Shown here one piece after another: positions 25,154-37,803 of a stretch of DNA of 64,000 nt. A program made the translations under genes and the position numbers. How positions within the stretch are numbered: the first letter of the stretch is position 1; each line of letters begins with the position of its first letter. Under the pieces are notes generated by a model that worked only from the letters and a program-made list of their open reading frames with translations, ran no database searches and was not told where the DNA came from. The DNA comes from Ramazzottius varieornatus (lineage: Eukaryota > Animalia > Tardigrada), in assembly GCA_001949185.1 (NCBI GenBank), contig BDGG01000011.1, positions 1,746,423-1,810,422 on the forward strand, read 5' to 3'.

Positions 25154-26067
25154 TCTTCGGTCTTCCGTGAAATCTGAGCCGAAAAAAGAAACTGTCGACT
25201 AGTTACTGGAAGTACTGCTTTCCCGGCGTAGACTTTTAGCGAACCGATCTAGACCGATCTAGAGCCAGATTTATAGAAGACTAGGTATTCGGTGTGCCAG
25301 CTCCAAGTCGAGATACACCCGATGAAACTGTTTCACAAATGCGGCTAAAGATCCGAGAAGAATGCAATTCTTTTCTCGAGATTTCGTTCCAGTTAGGTAT
25401 TCAGTACAGGAATTGCATAGCTAGCAGAAAAATTCGAGCAGTATGTATGTTCTGTCCAACGGTTGTTCGGGTACAGCGGAAATTTTGGAACTTGTTTGTT
25501 CGGTCAGGCTGATTCCGCCAGAGTGTGGAACCAAGCTTTCTGGAAGCATCTAACCAAAGCCACTCTCGCAGCAGTTAACTGGGTTAAGGCCATGAAACTA
25601 TAGTCCTAAAACTTGCGTTTATCGCAAATAGCGGGGGAAGCGCTCACTCACCACATGAACCGCGCTGCATAGGAAAATAGAGGGGAACATGCAGAGAGAC
25701 AGTGCGAAGTTAGTAGGAAGCCTTGCTTTCTACTTCCCCTCAGACGATCAGATGGCAAGAGTGACCATCCCGCAATGTACTTCGTTGGATGAAATATTCA
25801 AACTAAATCTTACGAGAAATTTTTGGCGAAGACAAACGAATAGCCGAAAGAATAGAGTATCGTTCGATACCAAACATAAAACCAGATAAAATTTGCACCG
25901 TACTGTGCAAGCAGTACTGTAGAGTGTCGATGTTGCAGCCAGAATTGAGAAGGGCCAGAGAGCAGAGATTTCCGACCTGCGAGCGGTTTTCTTCTTATAA
26001 CTTAATGCTTAATTGTCACACGGTTCTTGTTCTTTCGAGTTTACAAAGTCGAAAGTTTCATCCAGTA

Positions 26068-26268
26068 CATGCACAACCGGAAATCATGGGGCCAGTAAAA
26101 GTTATGGGACCAGGCCTTTACACTACGACGGTACGGAAACACGTACGTACGTGACCGGTTCACAGTGATGCACTTTTTGACACTTTTGTACGTTTGAATT
26201 TCCATTTTGCCGTCTTTTCCGCTTGGTCCCATAATTCTTACCGGCCCCATAATTTCCCGTCGTGCGTG
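26068..26268. mobile_element. TA-flanked MITE (CACGCAC family)
   Basis: ~47-bp imperfect TIR catgcacaaccggaaatcatggggccagtaaaagttatgggacc; related to 60800-60996. Confidence 0.8.
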
Positions 26269-29229
26269 TACGGTTTGTACAAACGTTTATTTCGGAAAAA
26301 ATTCTTGGTGGTGTTCCTTAGTTAGCAGGTGGTGCACGTAGTAAACGGTGGTGATGATTTGGAATTGAAAGGTGGTATCATGTGACCACCGTGGTGAAAG
26401 GAGCCTTCCCCTAACACTTATAGTACGACCACACTCTTTACGAGTACAACGCGTCAGTTTTGTTCTCCTCCCAAAATTGGGCTTTTGGTCTTTCTGCGAT
26501 TTTTCGTTTTCCTGTGACTCGAAATTACCACCGAATAGGGGTGACATATGGTCAACGAAAGCCCAGCACGACAGAAAACAGTTTTACGATTTTGGGTGGT
26601 TTTGCTAGTATTGTGAAATTCGCGTTTTTTCTGTAGCAACATACATTCCTTTCGCTCAGAAAACACTCTAGCAATGAGAACAGATCCTTCTTTCGAGCCT
26701 GAGCCTGTCTCCAATTTAGTTAGCACCAGAGTGTTGGGAGAAACATCAAAACGGTCAAAGATACTTTTTCCAAATTGGCCTGTTAGGCCTGCCAGTTTTC
26801 GTAATTTTACGGTCTACAGCTCCAGCACAGATTTTATCTTTCTGGTCAAGGTTCGGCCGTTGCGGGAACCCGGCTTTTAAGTTGACCGAGCGCACCGTCC
26901 GGTACATCCTCTTCCAACTTGAGCCATCCTTTTTTCATCTCACAGGCTGCCTCTTAAGGGAAGACTGACCTAGCTCGAGCAGCTCACGAGTCGACGGGCG
27001 TTGCTCATTACCCAAATGAAATATCAGTCACAAGAAACGTTGCATGGTCGAACAATTGGTCTTAATGCGCACTGGCGGAAACAGTTTCGCAAAAGTACCG
27101 TATCCTCGGATGAATTTTAAGCTCGAACTGATCGAAAAACCGTTTTAAATTCACTGATACTCGGAAAGTGGCCTGAATTTCTCACTTCAAATAATATTAC
27201 ATACAGTACATCTCGATGAAATGAGGAGCTTCACGGACTGGAATCTGAAGACCGTTTCTGGGTGCGGTACAACGGTGCTCTCTCTATGACCAGAGAGACG
27301 CTTTAGAGTGAGATTACTCGGAACCCATGCACCGTTATTGCCGTTCCTTCGGTAGGAAGATGTTTACACCTATTGTCTAGTTCCGCGTATATTTTGAGAT
27401 TTTCTAAGTAGCTTCTGATTTTTCATTGGATTTTTGAAGTTGCACCGGTCGACTGTTGTAAATATGGCATCGAATCGAGAGCAATTTTAACGCCCGTCTT
27501 CCGTGCTCTTTTTCCGTGCGCTAAGCCCGGCCATTCTGTGGTCATCTTATCGATCACCTTTATGACTTGCCAATCACCCTGAAAGACACCACGCGGAGAA
27601 AAGCCAGATCATTAGGGACGCTAACCACTAAACAGTAGAGGGAGACTAGGTGCAGGCAGGGCCCTGGTCGACCGCTCCACCGCAAGCTCCCAGATCGTTC
27701 TTGTTTGAAGAAATTTTGTGTAAATTTGCCTATGGAACTTTCTAACGCGTAAATAACATCTTCTGGTAGACGAAGGCTTTCTCTACACGGCTGAACAGTT
27801 AGGGAAAACGTGCTGAATGACTCCACTTGCGTGTCAGTCTCCCTTAACGGTGAAATTACTAATACAAGAGTCATTTAATAACACAAGTGCCAATACAAGT
27901 ACTAATTTAACGTTCAAGACCTATACGAGAGGCAATCTGTTGTCCGTTCTCGGTCCTAGACTCGATGCCGCGGTTCCCTGGCTAACTTCTCACGCTGATC
28001 GAGTAAAATATAAGGACCACAGTCCTAACTCTCACGGGAAGGGAGGTCCAGAGATCACATGACCGGAAATCCCTGGATCTCCTCCCCCAGCCCCACCCCC
28101 TGCCCTGGCTTTATACCACAGTTATTCCGGCCTGCGCTGCATAACTACCCAAGTTTCGCTCATCGAGCAAGGAAACGCGTGGTATACAGGAGTTGTCTCT
28201 TATCCGAGATTTTTCCAACTCATAAGCTGCCACTTACGGTGGAATCACTAATACAGGAGTCAGCAAGAGTGGGTCTGCACGCATACCATGTGGTGCTTTA
28301 AGCAGCATGTACTACCAGGACCATCTAGGTGCAGCTGTGTATGGTTAGCCTTGGCACCACGATCGGCCAGGAGCAGATTACTGTTGTCGAGGGGCCAGAT
28401 GAGTTCCTCAATGACGTAGCGCCTGCCAAGCGGCGACACGAAAATCCGAAAATTTTACCAGTTGTAGATTTTCGAACCTTCATATGGCAGCCTGTCTGGG
28501 ACCCTGCTTCGAACCCGTTTTTCTAAAGAGTAGCAACTTCTGTCACTGTAACATCGGTAAAGTTCACCAAATCAAGAATAAGCAGGCTCTAGATAGGCAC
28601 GAAGCCCATCAACCTCATTTTTCCCACTGGGGTGCCTCATAGACGGGTTCAAAAGTTGCAAGCAAGCCGTCGAGGATACCGGAGACGAAGACAAGCCAGA
28701 AAGAAAATCTTGAGTTTCGGCCCTGGCAGGAGTCAAAGTTTACCTACAAACCTACCCCGCGTAACTCGCGCACTTTCGGTCCGGTTTCTGAAATCAGCGA
28801 AAAAATCAGATTTCCTTTCCCTTATGCTTGATTTGAGTTGATCAAACTGATATAAATGTTACATCAGCCGCTTTCAACATAAAACTTAGTTTTTAGGCCC
28901 GTCATGAGTAACACTAATCTAGTCGAGTTTCCGTGCGGCCATGCTAACTTTGTGCAACCGCTTTTTCAAAGCTGTATGTAAATTCAGCCTCACACGCGTT
29001 TGCCTCATGTCTTTACCAAGAAGATAGCCTTTTCTGAGAACTACAAGGTTTGTTTGGAAGCAACTCGTTTCAAACTTCGAGCGCAGAAAGGTATCACTGA
29101 TCCGAGCAGATTACAACTTTCTTGGCGAAATTTAATTCTCCCTGAGTCTACATTCGTGCCTTTCATCCAAACTATAGCTTTTTAGATGGTAAATCAGATA
29201 ATCGAGCCTATGACGTAATGCAGTGCAAT

Positions 29230-29577
29230 TAAACCGTAGAAAATTGTCTTGGACAGTGCCCATCAGCCGACCAGCTGTTTGACTTTTGCGTTTCGAGGCT
29301 GCGGATTGTTCATTTACTTTCTTTCAGAGACGCTCTCTAATCCATATCGTTTCCGTAAGCGTCTTTTCATAATTTCCTGGAGTTTCAACACCAAGCGACC
29401 TCGACGGTACACCGAAAAAGTCCTGAAGGACGCGCTTTCTGCTATTCAGTACGTACGTACAGCAAAGCAGCCTTCAGTGCTAGTTTTTACTTGTAGTAAG
29501 AATCACCTGCCCGTGCCGCCGTAGCGAAAAGACCTGTCTCGTACTTTTTACTGTCCCATACTTACCCATCGTGCGTG
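29230..29577 (+). mobile_element. pogo relic with a psq-HTH fragment and a CACGCAC-family right end (left boundary approximate)
   Basis: Encodes KRPRRYTEKVLKDALSAI (~29390-29450). The right end ccgccgtagcgaaaagacctg...cgtgcgtg|TA matches the MITE at 60800. Confidence 0.6.
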
Positions 29578-29619
29578 TACTGAACGGGATGCGCTGTCTG
29601 AGACTCTGTAGTGCCACGG

Positions 29620-31070
29620 AACTAAATACGTACGGCTTTCGGTTTTTCCTTCTTCGCTCTGTTTCGGTTCAGGGTTTCGGCTTGGCCACAGTCATGCGCA
29701 GTACTGACATGGGTGCCCTTCAAGGGTAGCTCATTTTCAAATTGGAGCAAACAACGGGCATATTCCGTTACCCGATGTGACTGGAAACCCTTTGTGGTCG
29801 CAGTATAGACAACCGCCTTGCCCACTGAAATTCATCTGATTCATGAGCCATGCTTTGGCAGGAAGATCGGCACCGATCGCCGACACACAAAAGACTATCC
29901 GCGTTTGCACTTTATCGACCACCAGATAATAACCTTTAGTAAAATGAGTATGTAAGTCCAGAAATATAGAAATGGGACGTTATATATATTTTGTGGATGG
30001 TTGGCTCTCAAGATCGTGTTAATTTTTTGCTTTGCTATTGTATTTACGCCTGGTTTACCTTCCGAATTTATGCGATCAAGCTCGGTTTGCAGCCGCTTGC
30101 AAGTACCATTGATCGGCAGCTTTCCTTTTCCTTGCCAGAGTTAAAGAGTGATGACTTTATGGATCAGAAATCTTCTCTCTCGGTCGAGTTGATCAGTCAT
30201 GCCGCTGCGCAATAGCCAATGTAGGAAAAAAAATGCCCGTATGTATGTAGTGTCCGTCATGTGACCGTCGACTCGTCATCGGGTTGGTTAATTCAGGCAA
30301 ATCCGGATTCGCCTACGTAACGGCTCCATGCGTGCAACGTACATACGCGGCTGGCACATCGGTTTGAGCCGTGATTTTAGACTCAGCATTGCCGTTCCCC
30401 AACTGTTTTACACATTTTGAGTTTTCAGCGGCATGCCTGGAGTTGATCTATGGCAAGGAAAACCGGCCAGACAGATTCGTTGGAGAACCCAAAAATCTGC
30501 AGACCGTCAGTTCTATTGTCAGGCTCATAATTTTGAACGGTTTAGCGATGACACCCGCAAAATAATTCCGCACTCGTTATAGGAGTTTGTTGTGCTCTTT
30601 TCCGTCTGTTACATCTTGTATGGCAGCTCGGAATGGGTTGCATGGTCCATCAAGCTCTAGCTTTTCGTCTGCAAAATTTCCTTCTTTGGTCAATGGGGTT
30701 GTCCATATGTACGGAAAATTTCTTATTAATACCGCAATATCTCACCCTCGGTTATCTTAGTAATCTGATGCTGAAAATCGGCTAACAGCACCTTAGACCT
30801 GCAGATCGGCTCCCTGAACAAAAAAATTGTGCCATTTGCAAGTCGTAAAATCAGTCCAGATATCGTATTTCAATTGCTATTTGTCCACTAAATCGGAGCT
30901 CATCATGTCTCTTCGCAGTCTTCCCGTTTATCACCTCAATCACACCGCAGTTCCTACACACATGATGAAGTGCTTTTTTTGTCAAATCTCACTTAGCACA
31001 TGTTCCAAATTTTTGAGCTGTTTCCAGTCCAGACTCAGCACTAACAGGACGATAATGTCTCTCATCGCTT
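29620..31070 (-). mobile_element. degenerate CACTA/CMC-superfamily transposase
   Basis: Collinear motifs IQDVTDG (~30601-30624), TDGLQIFGFSNESVWPVFLAIDQL (~30440-30511) and ADLPAKAWLMNQMNFSGQGGCLYC (~29800-29870), broken by stops, frameshifts and an insertion. Confidence 0.8.
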
Positions 31071-31799
31071 GAAATGATAGCGACTGACGCAGGGCCATAA
31101 TTGCAAACAAAGTGAACAAAGGCAGGAACGTTAGGCCACGCTTCGTCAACCTATCCATCACCTTCCGGTAATTTAGCTACAAAAGTCAGTGGTGTCCCGG
31201 TGTAATTTATGTGCCAGATACAACGGACCACATATCACACTTCCCTTCCACCCAACACGGGTTTTGCAAGCTATGGGTCAACCACACGCTACGCGTGTTT
31301 AAAAACTAGGGTCCAGTCTCCCTATTATTGTGCATATACTGTATCAACGCCTGGCACACACTGTATCAACCAGTGTTGAAGGTCAGTTCAAGGTATTGAC
31401 GGCGCATAGACACTCCGATAAACATTTGTCGGCGATCGAACCCTCACCGACTAACCTCCCTTATGTTTCCTTAAAGTCAGAGATGGCTCGTTCGCAGCTG
31501 ATGCTCAATAGTTCTATGTTCACCGCTTTTTTGCGCAACTGTATTTTCTGCTGTGGCTGTCTTCAGCCTTTTGGCGATACAAGGCAAGCCTAAAAACTTC
31601 TAGTTCCTCTATCTGTTTGTTTGGCGCACAGGTTTGGGGATATGATCTTCCGCGAATGCGATGCCGTTCACGTTTGAGACGCACCGTGCAAAATGTCCCG
31701 ACTTCATAGGCGGATTCTAATTAACTAGCGTGTGCTATACTATATATATGATAGCCAAGTGGAGATCTAACAAACCAGCCAGATTTCGGAGCCAATGTT

Positions 31800-32798
31800 C
31801 TACCTGGATGTAATAAACCGGCCTCGCACGAAGATGTTAAGAAATTCCGTTCTAACATCTGGTAGCATAGCTAGGAAAACAAAAGGCTCAAGAATGTAGA
31901 TAAGAGCAGCGTAATCTTGGGATAGGTAGACGACGTCCCATTTGCAGTCACCAAAGCCGGTACGTGTCCGAATTGCAACGGATACGGTGGGCAACACACT
32001 CACAACGACCACCGATAACTTCAGAAAGTACTGCAGAACCACCATTTTGCTAACGATCTTTTCCTGACGGAACGCACGATACTTTGCAGGCGTCCTATTT
32101 CCTCCGGCTGAGTTCATGGCCGAAGTCTGAGAAGCTTGTCCGACCAGTCGACCTCTTCGATGTCTCCAGACGAGCATCAGCAATATAGGAAAGCCCAGGT
32201 AGGCCAATGTCTCTGGCACAATGCATGTAACCGTTGACACAATCATACTGTAGGTATAGTAGGGATTCTGAGCAGGTACTCGTGAGTCGCAGCCGCCTTG
32301 CCTCGCGATGTGGGCTTTAATACCAAGTGGTAAATACCACGCGTGGAAGTAGACAACCGCGATACTAGCGCCAGTGAAGGCGAACCATCTGGGCTTTCTC
32401 ATTCGGTACCACAGTGGACAATAGAAGGCTAACCAACGATCGAGGCATATGATGCAGTCTTCCAGCGAGTTTAGCGACCCCATGCAAAAGCCGATGTAGA
32501 CCATGAGGGAGTAAGCTAGAGGATGGGAGTGGTACAATTTCGGAACTAGGGGTCTTGTTACCGTCAATGCCACGTAGACGCTGAAGATGACTGTGTTATA
32601 AAAGACCAGAATGACAATGTGCTGAAGAAATGGCGTCATTAAAGTTCGACGACGAATAAAAAATGTGGCAAGAATACCGATGTTTACAATTTGACAGATC
32701 AAGTTACAGAAACATAGGATGGAGGTCAAGCAGATGTAGAAGTTGCGAGGTAGACAGACAAACTCCTCCACGATATGAATACAGGTTGAGTTATTCAT
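31800..32798 (-). CDS. intronless rhodopsin-like 7TM receptor (DRW motif)
   Basis: 332 aa from ATG 32798 (MNNST, N-glycosylation site). Seven hydrophobic segments, CLDRWLAFYCPLWYR after TM3 and LEPFVF in TM7. Confidence 0.85.
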   Translation of the reverse strand: MNNSTCIHIVEEFVCLPRNFYICLTSILCFCNLICQIVNIGILATFFIRRRTLMTPFLQHIVILVFYNTVIFSVYVALTVTRPLVPKLYHSHPLAYSLMVYIGFCMGSLNSLEDCIICLDRWLAFYCPLWYRMRKPRWFAFTGASIAVVYFHAWYLPLGIKAHIARQGGCDSRVPAQNPYYTYSMIVSTVTCIVPETLAYLGFPILLMLVWRHRRGRLVGQASQTSAMNSAGGNRTPAKYRAFRQEKIVSKMVVLQYFLKLSVVVVSVLPTVSVAIRTRTGFGDCKWDVVYLSQDYAALIYILEPFVFLAMLPDVRTEFLNIFVRGRFITSR

Positions 32799-33889
32799 AC
32801 CGCCGATGCAGTAGAGGTACAGACGGCGATTTGCCCAGCGTTTGGTCGGAGGACCACTGAGGCACTTCAATTTCAACCTTGACTTTCGTTGCAAGAGACC
32901 ACTTCCTGACGGCGCGACAATGTACCGGTGCCTGGCTTCCGAGATTGAACTTACATCTTCACCGACTGAGCAGTGGGGAGAGGCGCTTCACAAAACGCGA
33001 CTTGGATCCGCCTGACTGAACTATGTACTCCGTTGCTCAGTTAAAATACACGCTATTGAGTTTTAATTAGTAATCGGTTTGTATAGCGGTAGGGCATTCA
33101 CAGTTTGTAAACTGGCCAGCGGTGGACGGGTGATCTATTCCGCCTATATATCGAAAATTACGGGACTGCCACCGACGGCCTGTCGAGAACCGGTACAACA
33201 GGCAATTTTGGCATCAGTGCGCGAATTCTACCTCTACGAGACAGGAGGCGTGGCGTTCGAATGACATTCGGAACGGTGTTTTCGATATGCAAAATATTGA
33301 TCGACTGATTGCCGTTCCAGAGTTGGGCTGCGCTTGAGGTTGTCAAACCGTTCTGTGTTTTGGACAATTCACTGAATAAATCATCCGTCCACCGCTGCAT
33401 ATGACACAGGGAACTCTTCCCGGAAGCTGCGACAACGCTTTGTCAACAGGTTATACTTATGTTCGCGCTACGGTGCTTTCTAATTGCCTTGTGCGTGTCT
33501 TGCTATGCAAGGCACACACGCCATGGCTTTGCCTGTTGAGCCACGAGTCTGGATAAGCCTGGGTTCAAAATCAGGGTCTTTCAGGTGCTTGTTGACTTGT
33601 TCCCTGGTCAGGAAAGCAGCTCGTTTAGAAAGCACGCAAAGGTTCCTGAGGTTCTGTACTTCGTCAACTACTCGTTCGAGTCTTCTGATTCCCTCGCTCA
33701 ATGCACCGAAGCTCCTGACGCTACCAAGTATTGAGGCCACAGTAAGTCGATTACTTCAGCCAGTTCCCACTCGGTACCAATTGATTTTCGGACTAATTGG
33801 TTAATCCTGGCGGGACCTAGCGTAAACAAAAATTCCCACTCGAATTTGAACCTCCAGTACATGGTCGACTTGGTCGCACGCCCTTGAAT

Positions 33890-34349
33890 CAGGGATGAGC
33901 AGTTTTGGAACGGCGTAGCGTTTTTGGACCAGTTTTCCGCTTCGCTACGCTATATTGCGAAACTATAGCGGAACTGGGCACACTCAAAACTATCCGGAGC
34001 GAAGCGATAGCGAGCTGTAGCGGAAATAGCGGATTTTTCGCCAGAACTAGTGAAAAACTGGGTCCGCCATCGATATTTATCACGTAAAGATCCGAGTTTA
34101 GCAAACTATTTTAACGTATTTGATGTTGTTCTGAGCTCGAAATCAATGAATTGTCATTTTGTAAGTCAGTTCTGGGCGATAAAAAACGGCAGAAAATCGA
34201 CGCATTTTCTGCACGGGGAAATTATCCACAGCGGTAGCAAAGCGGATAGCGTACCCTTGGATCTCATAGCGGGACATAGCGGAGCGTCGCAGCGTCATCA
34301 AAGCGGTAGCGAAGCGGACAGCACCAGATCCCATAATTGCTCATCCCTG
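33890..34349. mobile_element. non-autonomous hAT element
   Basis: TIR CAGGGATGAGCA; perfect 8-bp TSD CCTTGAAT; many subterminal ATAGCG/AGCGG motifs. Confidence 0.92.
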
Positions 34350-34821
34350 CCTTGAATTGGAAAGACAGGCAAGATGACTTGGTGTGCTCTGTCATGAACG
34401 TATGGCTGTCCGAAAGCGAAATCATCAAATCCGGTCTTATTTCTCGCTCTTTGTGACTGCAGTGCGATGCGAATAATATCGAAGACGGACCGCAACAAGA
34501 AGAACCGGAAAGAAGCTATCGTGGCCCGGCTAGCGGAGCTACATGGAATTAGACCACTGTTTGTACGCAATGTTAGCCGGGCCTTCAGCGGTAGTGCCAG
34601 TCGTCCGAATACATAAGTTCGTACGACTGGCTGTGCGCAAATTTCTGGTTGTACTGTAAGTAAATACATCGTGACTGTCGCGACAGGCCGCAGCCAGACG
34701 AAGCGGCAAGAAATTATCACAATCGAAACCTACGCGGAAGTGAACCATCTCTGCTGGTATTCCGGTCGAGGTCTCATGGTAGCGTCAGTCAGAGGGTGGC
34801 CCCTACAGTTTGAATTAGTGT

Positions 34822-35015
34822 TAGCAGTCGAAAATTCAAACTATGGCATCGCCTTTCGGAAACGAACCGATAATCGGGTCAGGTTGAACTTGAATACGGC
34901 CCGAATAGGAAATTACAGAATGAAATACAGTACTCAGTACGGATTTTGTTTATATAGTACGATCTAACTCGACCTAACGGCCCGGAACCGCCAGACATTT
35001 AAATTCTGACTGCTA
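34822..35015. mobile_element. MITE-like inverted repeat
   Basis: tagcagtcgaaaattcaaactatggc ... gccagacatttaaattctgactgcta; no clean TSD. Confidence 0.45.
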
Positions 35016-35562
35016 AAATTACTTAGCAAGGAGCATACCCCTGGAAGGCCGAGCTCAGTGCATGCAGATACATTCAGGGAGTTGGGTATAAAGGGCGATC
35101 AGTGTGTGTGTACGTGCCTGATATGACCCATTCATACACGCATGCACTATGGCAACGCGTTTGGTGTCGAGTCCGCCCCAAAAACTGCCATCACGTGGGT
35201 GGCCAAACTTAGCATTGCACCACTTTCACTTAAGAACGCCTCGCTTCGCTCGGCTTGATTAAAATTGTATGGGCCACCACTGGCGTTAGTCGGCCGGTGC
35301 TGTCGTCCAAATTGATCAAGCTTTTGTCACGGATTATAAAATTCGCTATAGAAAACACCGTTTAAGCTTATAATTTACGACTGGAGAACAAAGCCGAAAA
35401 TATAACTGCAACATGATTTACCTCCTACGCAAAGACTGACATGAATGAGCTTGCGGTGTTTCGCCCTTTGAGTCTAGTGTTGACTAACTGAGTAACTTCC
35501 TGCGTTTCCATCCGTCAGCTCGGCGAACTAGTAGAACACCGCTCGCTTGAGAACCGCTGAGT

Positions 35563-36525
35563 TTACTTCTTTGCTCGTCGTCGCAGAAGTCTTTTACTTG
35601 GAGTGTTGTCCAAAAAACCGTACAGATTTGCCTGTATCGAATATCCGTCTTTCTCTTGGCTGTCGGTTCTCAGAAGAAATGCCGCGTATTGGATGGCTTG
35701 AACGTGCGTAGGTTTAGAGTCGTCGTAATGCAGGTCGATTTTGAGCAGAACCAGACCAGCTATAGGATTCTCCTCCAAAAAATCCTTACACCTGTTTTCC
35801 ATACTTCGCCACGAACCACTGTAGTTGGACTCCCCATGGGCGAATCCATTCCAGTCGGGGTCAGATCGTCCACCTAGGCTTCGAGCGATCACGTGTCCAG
35901 CTTCGTATTTGTTAAAGTGGCGTCCTCTACGACGAATACGGCCTTTATCTGGGTCGCTGAAGCCTCCATCATTAAACTTGAGATGTTTGTGCTTGCAAAG
36001 ACCATAAACTTGCAGAAGTCGCCCGTTACTGGAAGAAGACAATGTGACAGCAATTCAACGGACGGAGGGGCATTAGAGCACACAAGGGCGACTTTACTTA
36101 CAAGTACTTCTGCACTTCCCTTGGTTTGATCGGTTCTCCTGTATCTATGTGCGCATTCAGATCGATACATCTTGCCCTTACAGAGTCGTCATGATCGTGG
36201 CTCGTCTTTTCAAAAGGATCGATGCGTGCGTGCTGTATGAAAAGTTTCTTAATTTCTTTCCGAAGTTGTCGATTTTCTTCGACACTTAATTCGCTCCCCG
36301 GTGTTTCTATATTAGGATAAATGATCTCATCTGCATCATCTGCATCGGCGCTTCCTCCGCGCAGGCTTTCTCGCGGCAAACTGGAATCTGCAAGTTAAAA
36401 TCGAAAAATTTTCCGAGATAGTAGAGGTCCGTAACACCGTAACAGGACAACAAGCTAGTCTGGTTAAAGTCTGCTTCATCGGCTGGTGGGGGCTCTTTTG
36501 GTCTCAAAGCCACTTCCCCGTACAT
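35563..36525 (-). CDS. DNA/RNA non-specific endonuclease (His-Me finger, Endonuclea_NS_2-like)
   Basis: Motifs EAGHVIARSLGG ... WNGF ... NYSGSWRSMEN ... IDLHY. An in-frame GT-AG intron at 36029-36101 (VQKYF|NGRLLQV) and a probable second ~50-nt intron near 36388-36437. Confidence 0.8.
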
Positions 36526-36834
36526 CTTTGGTGGAGTATTTAACGGCCATAAGTCTTAGATCAGTTTCCGAAGGAATTTGGCCGTTTTTGAAAGTTGAGA
36601 TCAGCTCTCGATTGCCCCGCTACCGGGGAAGATCTGCTGATAGGATCTCTAATCCTCATTATATCAGCACGTTTCCTGGCTCGACGAGCGCAAACTAAGA
36701 GTCACTACAGCAGGCTAGGGTAGCTGACCCATAACCTACCTCATGAGCACCAGCTCATTCGATTGTTAGAAGTTTATAACGAAGTAAAAGTGAAAAGAAA
36801 GTTAGCCGCCACCATGAATTGCAAACTACAGTTA

Positions 36835-37803
36835 CGAGGTAGAGGGCATGAGTTTTGCGTGTTTATTTTTGGGTCATGAGTTCTGTAATTCATAAAAAAA
36901 GTAACCAGTGGCAGATCAAACGTTGTTTCTGGATAGAATGGTACTATCATTCATGGTCTCCCTCGCTATTACGGTATCAAGCGTTTGGGAGCAGGTAGCT
37001 CAGATATACGATACTCGACCGGAAGGAGGGTTGCTCCCATGTTAAACAGCCTACGAATTCAAACGTATCAAGGCCGCCAGAGGCGCTCCAGTAGCACTTT
37101 CCGATGAAGCAATGACGTCTACGTCAGCCGCGGATACACGTCACGAAGCTGGGTTTTGAGTGTGAACGAAGCCATAAGTTGTATAGCGCTGGTATGCGGC
37201 TTACATGACGTACTTCCGGTGCATAGTCAGTAGACAACTGCCAGATAATACCGCGAGGCCAAATTTCATAAAGGATCATCTTCTGAATTCTTACTCCAGG
37301 CCCTTAGACATGGCTTCCTTCAAACTCCTCACCGCAAAGAAGACTACCGCAAAGCTACCGCAAAGAAGACTGCGAAACGAAAGGCTCCGGAGCCGGGAGA
37401 TATCTCAGTAGATCCAACAAAGAAACCACGGAAGGCAGCGGTGAGGAAGACTGCAGCAAACAGTGCTCCACAGAAAGGGCCATCACCGTCGAAGAAAGCT
37501 GCTGCACAGAAACTTTGAGACGCCACCGTAATCCTTCCTAATATCTGTTCCAACTTCCAATGTCCGATCAGCACAGTCGTGCAGCGAGATAAAATTAACC
37601 ATCAGTTTTGTTGGATATTAGCTGAATGTGTGAAATCGCGGTACCGATGGCGTACCGCACTAAGGATATTGCTGTACGAACCCTGAAGTCATACGGCTTA
37701 TAGCAGCTGACTGCCAGACGTACGTGTGCTGCCATCGTAAACCGCAACTACGCAAAACTCATAGGCCAAATTAAAATACGCAAAACTTATGACTTCTACC
37801 TCG
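36835..37803. mobile_element. mariner-type non-autonomous element carrying a Lys/Ala-rich frame
   Basis: TA|CGAGGTAGAGGGCATGAGTTTTGCGTGTTT versus right-end reverse complement CGAGGTAGAAGTCATAAGTTTTGCGTATTT (26/30), TA-flanked, with a second internal copy of the motif at each end. Confidence 0.8.

Noticed and set aside
37300-37518. Bona fide histone H1 or Dsup homolog
   Set aside because: No globular winged-helix domain and no HMGN-like motif; the similarity is compositional only.
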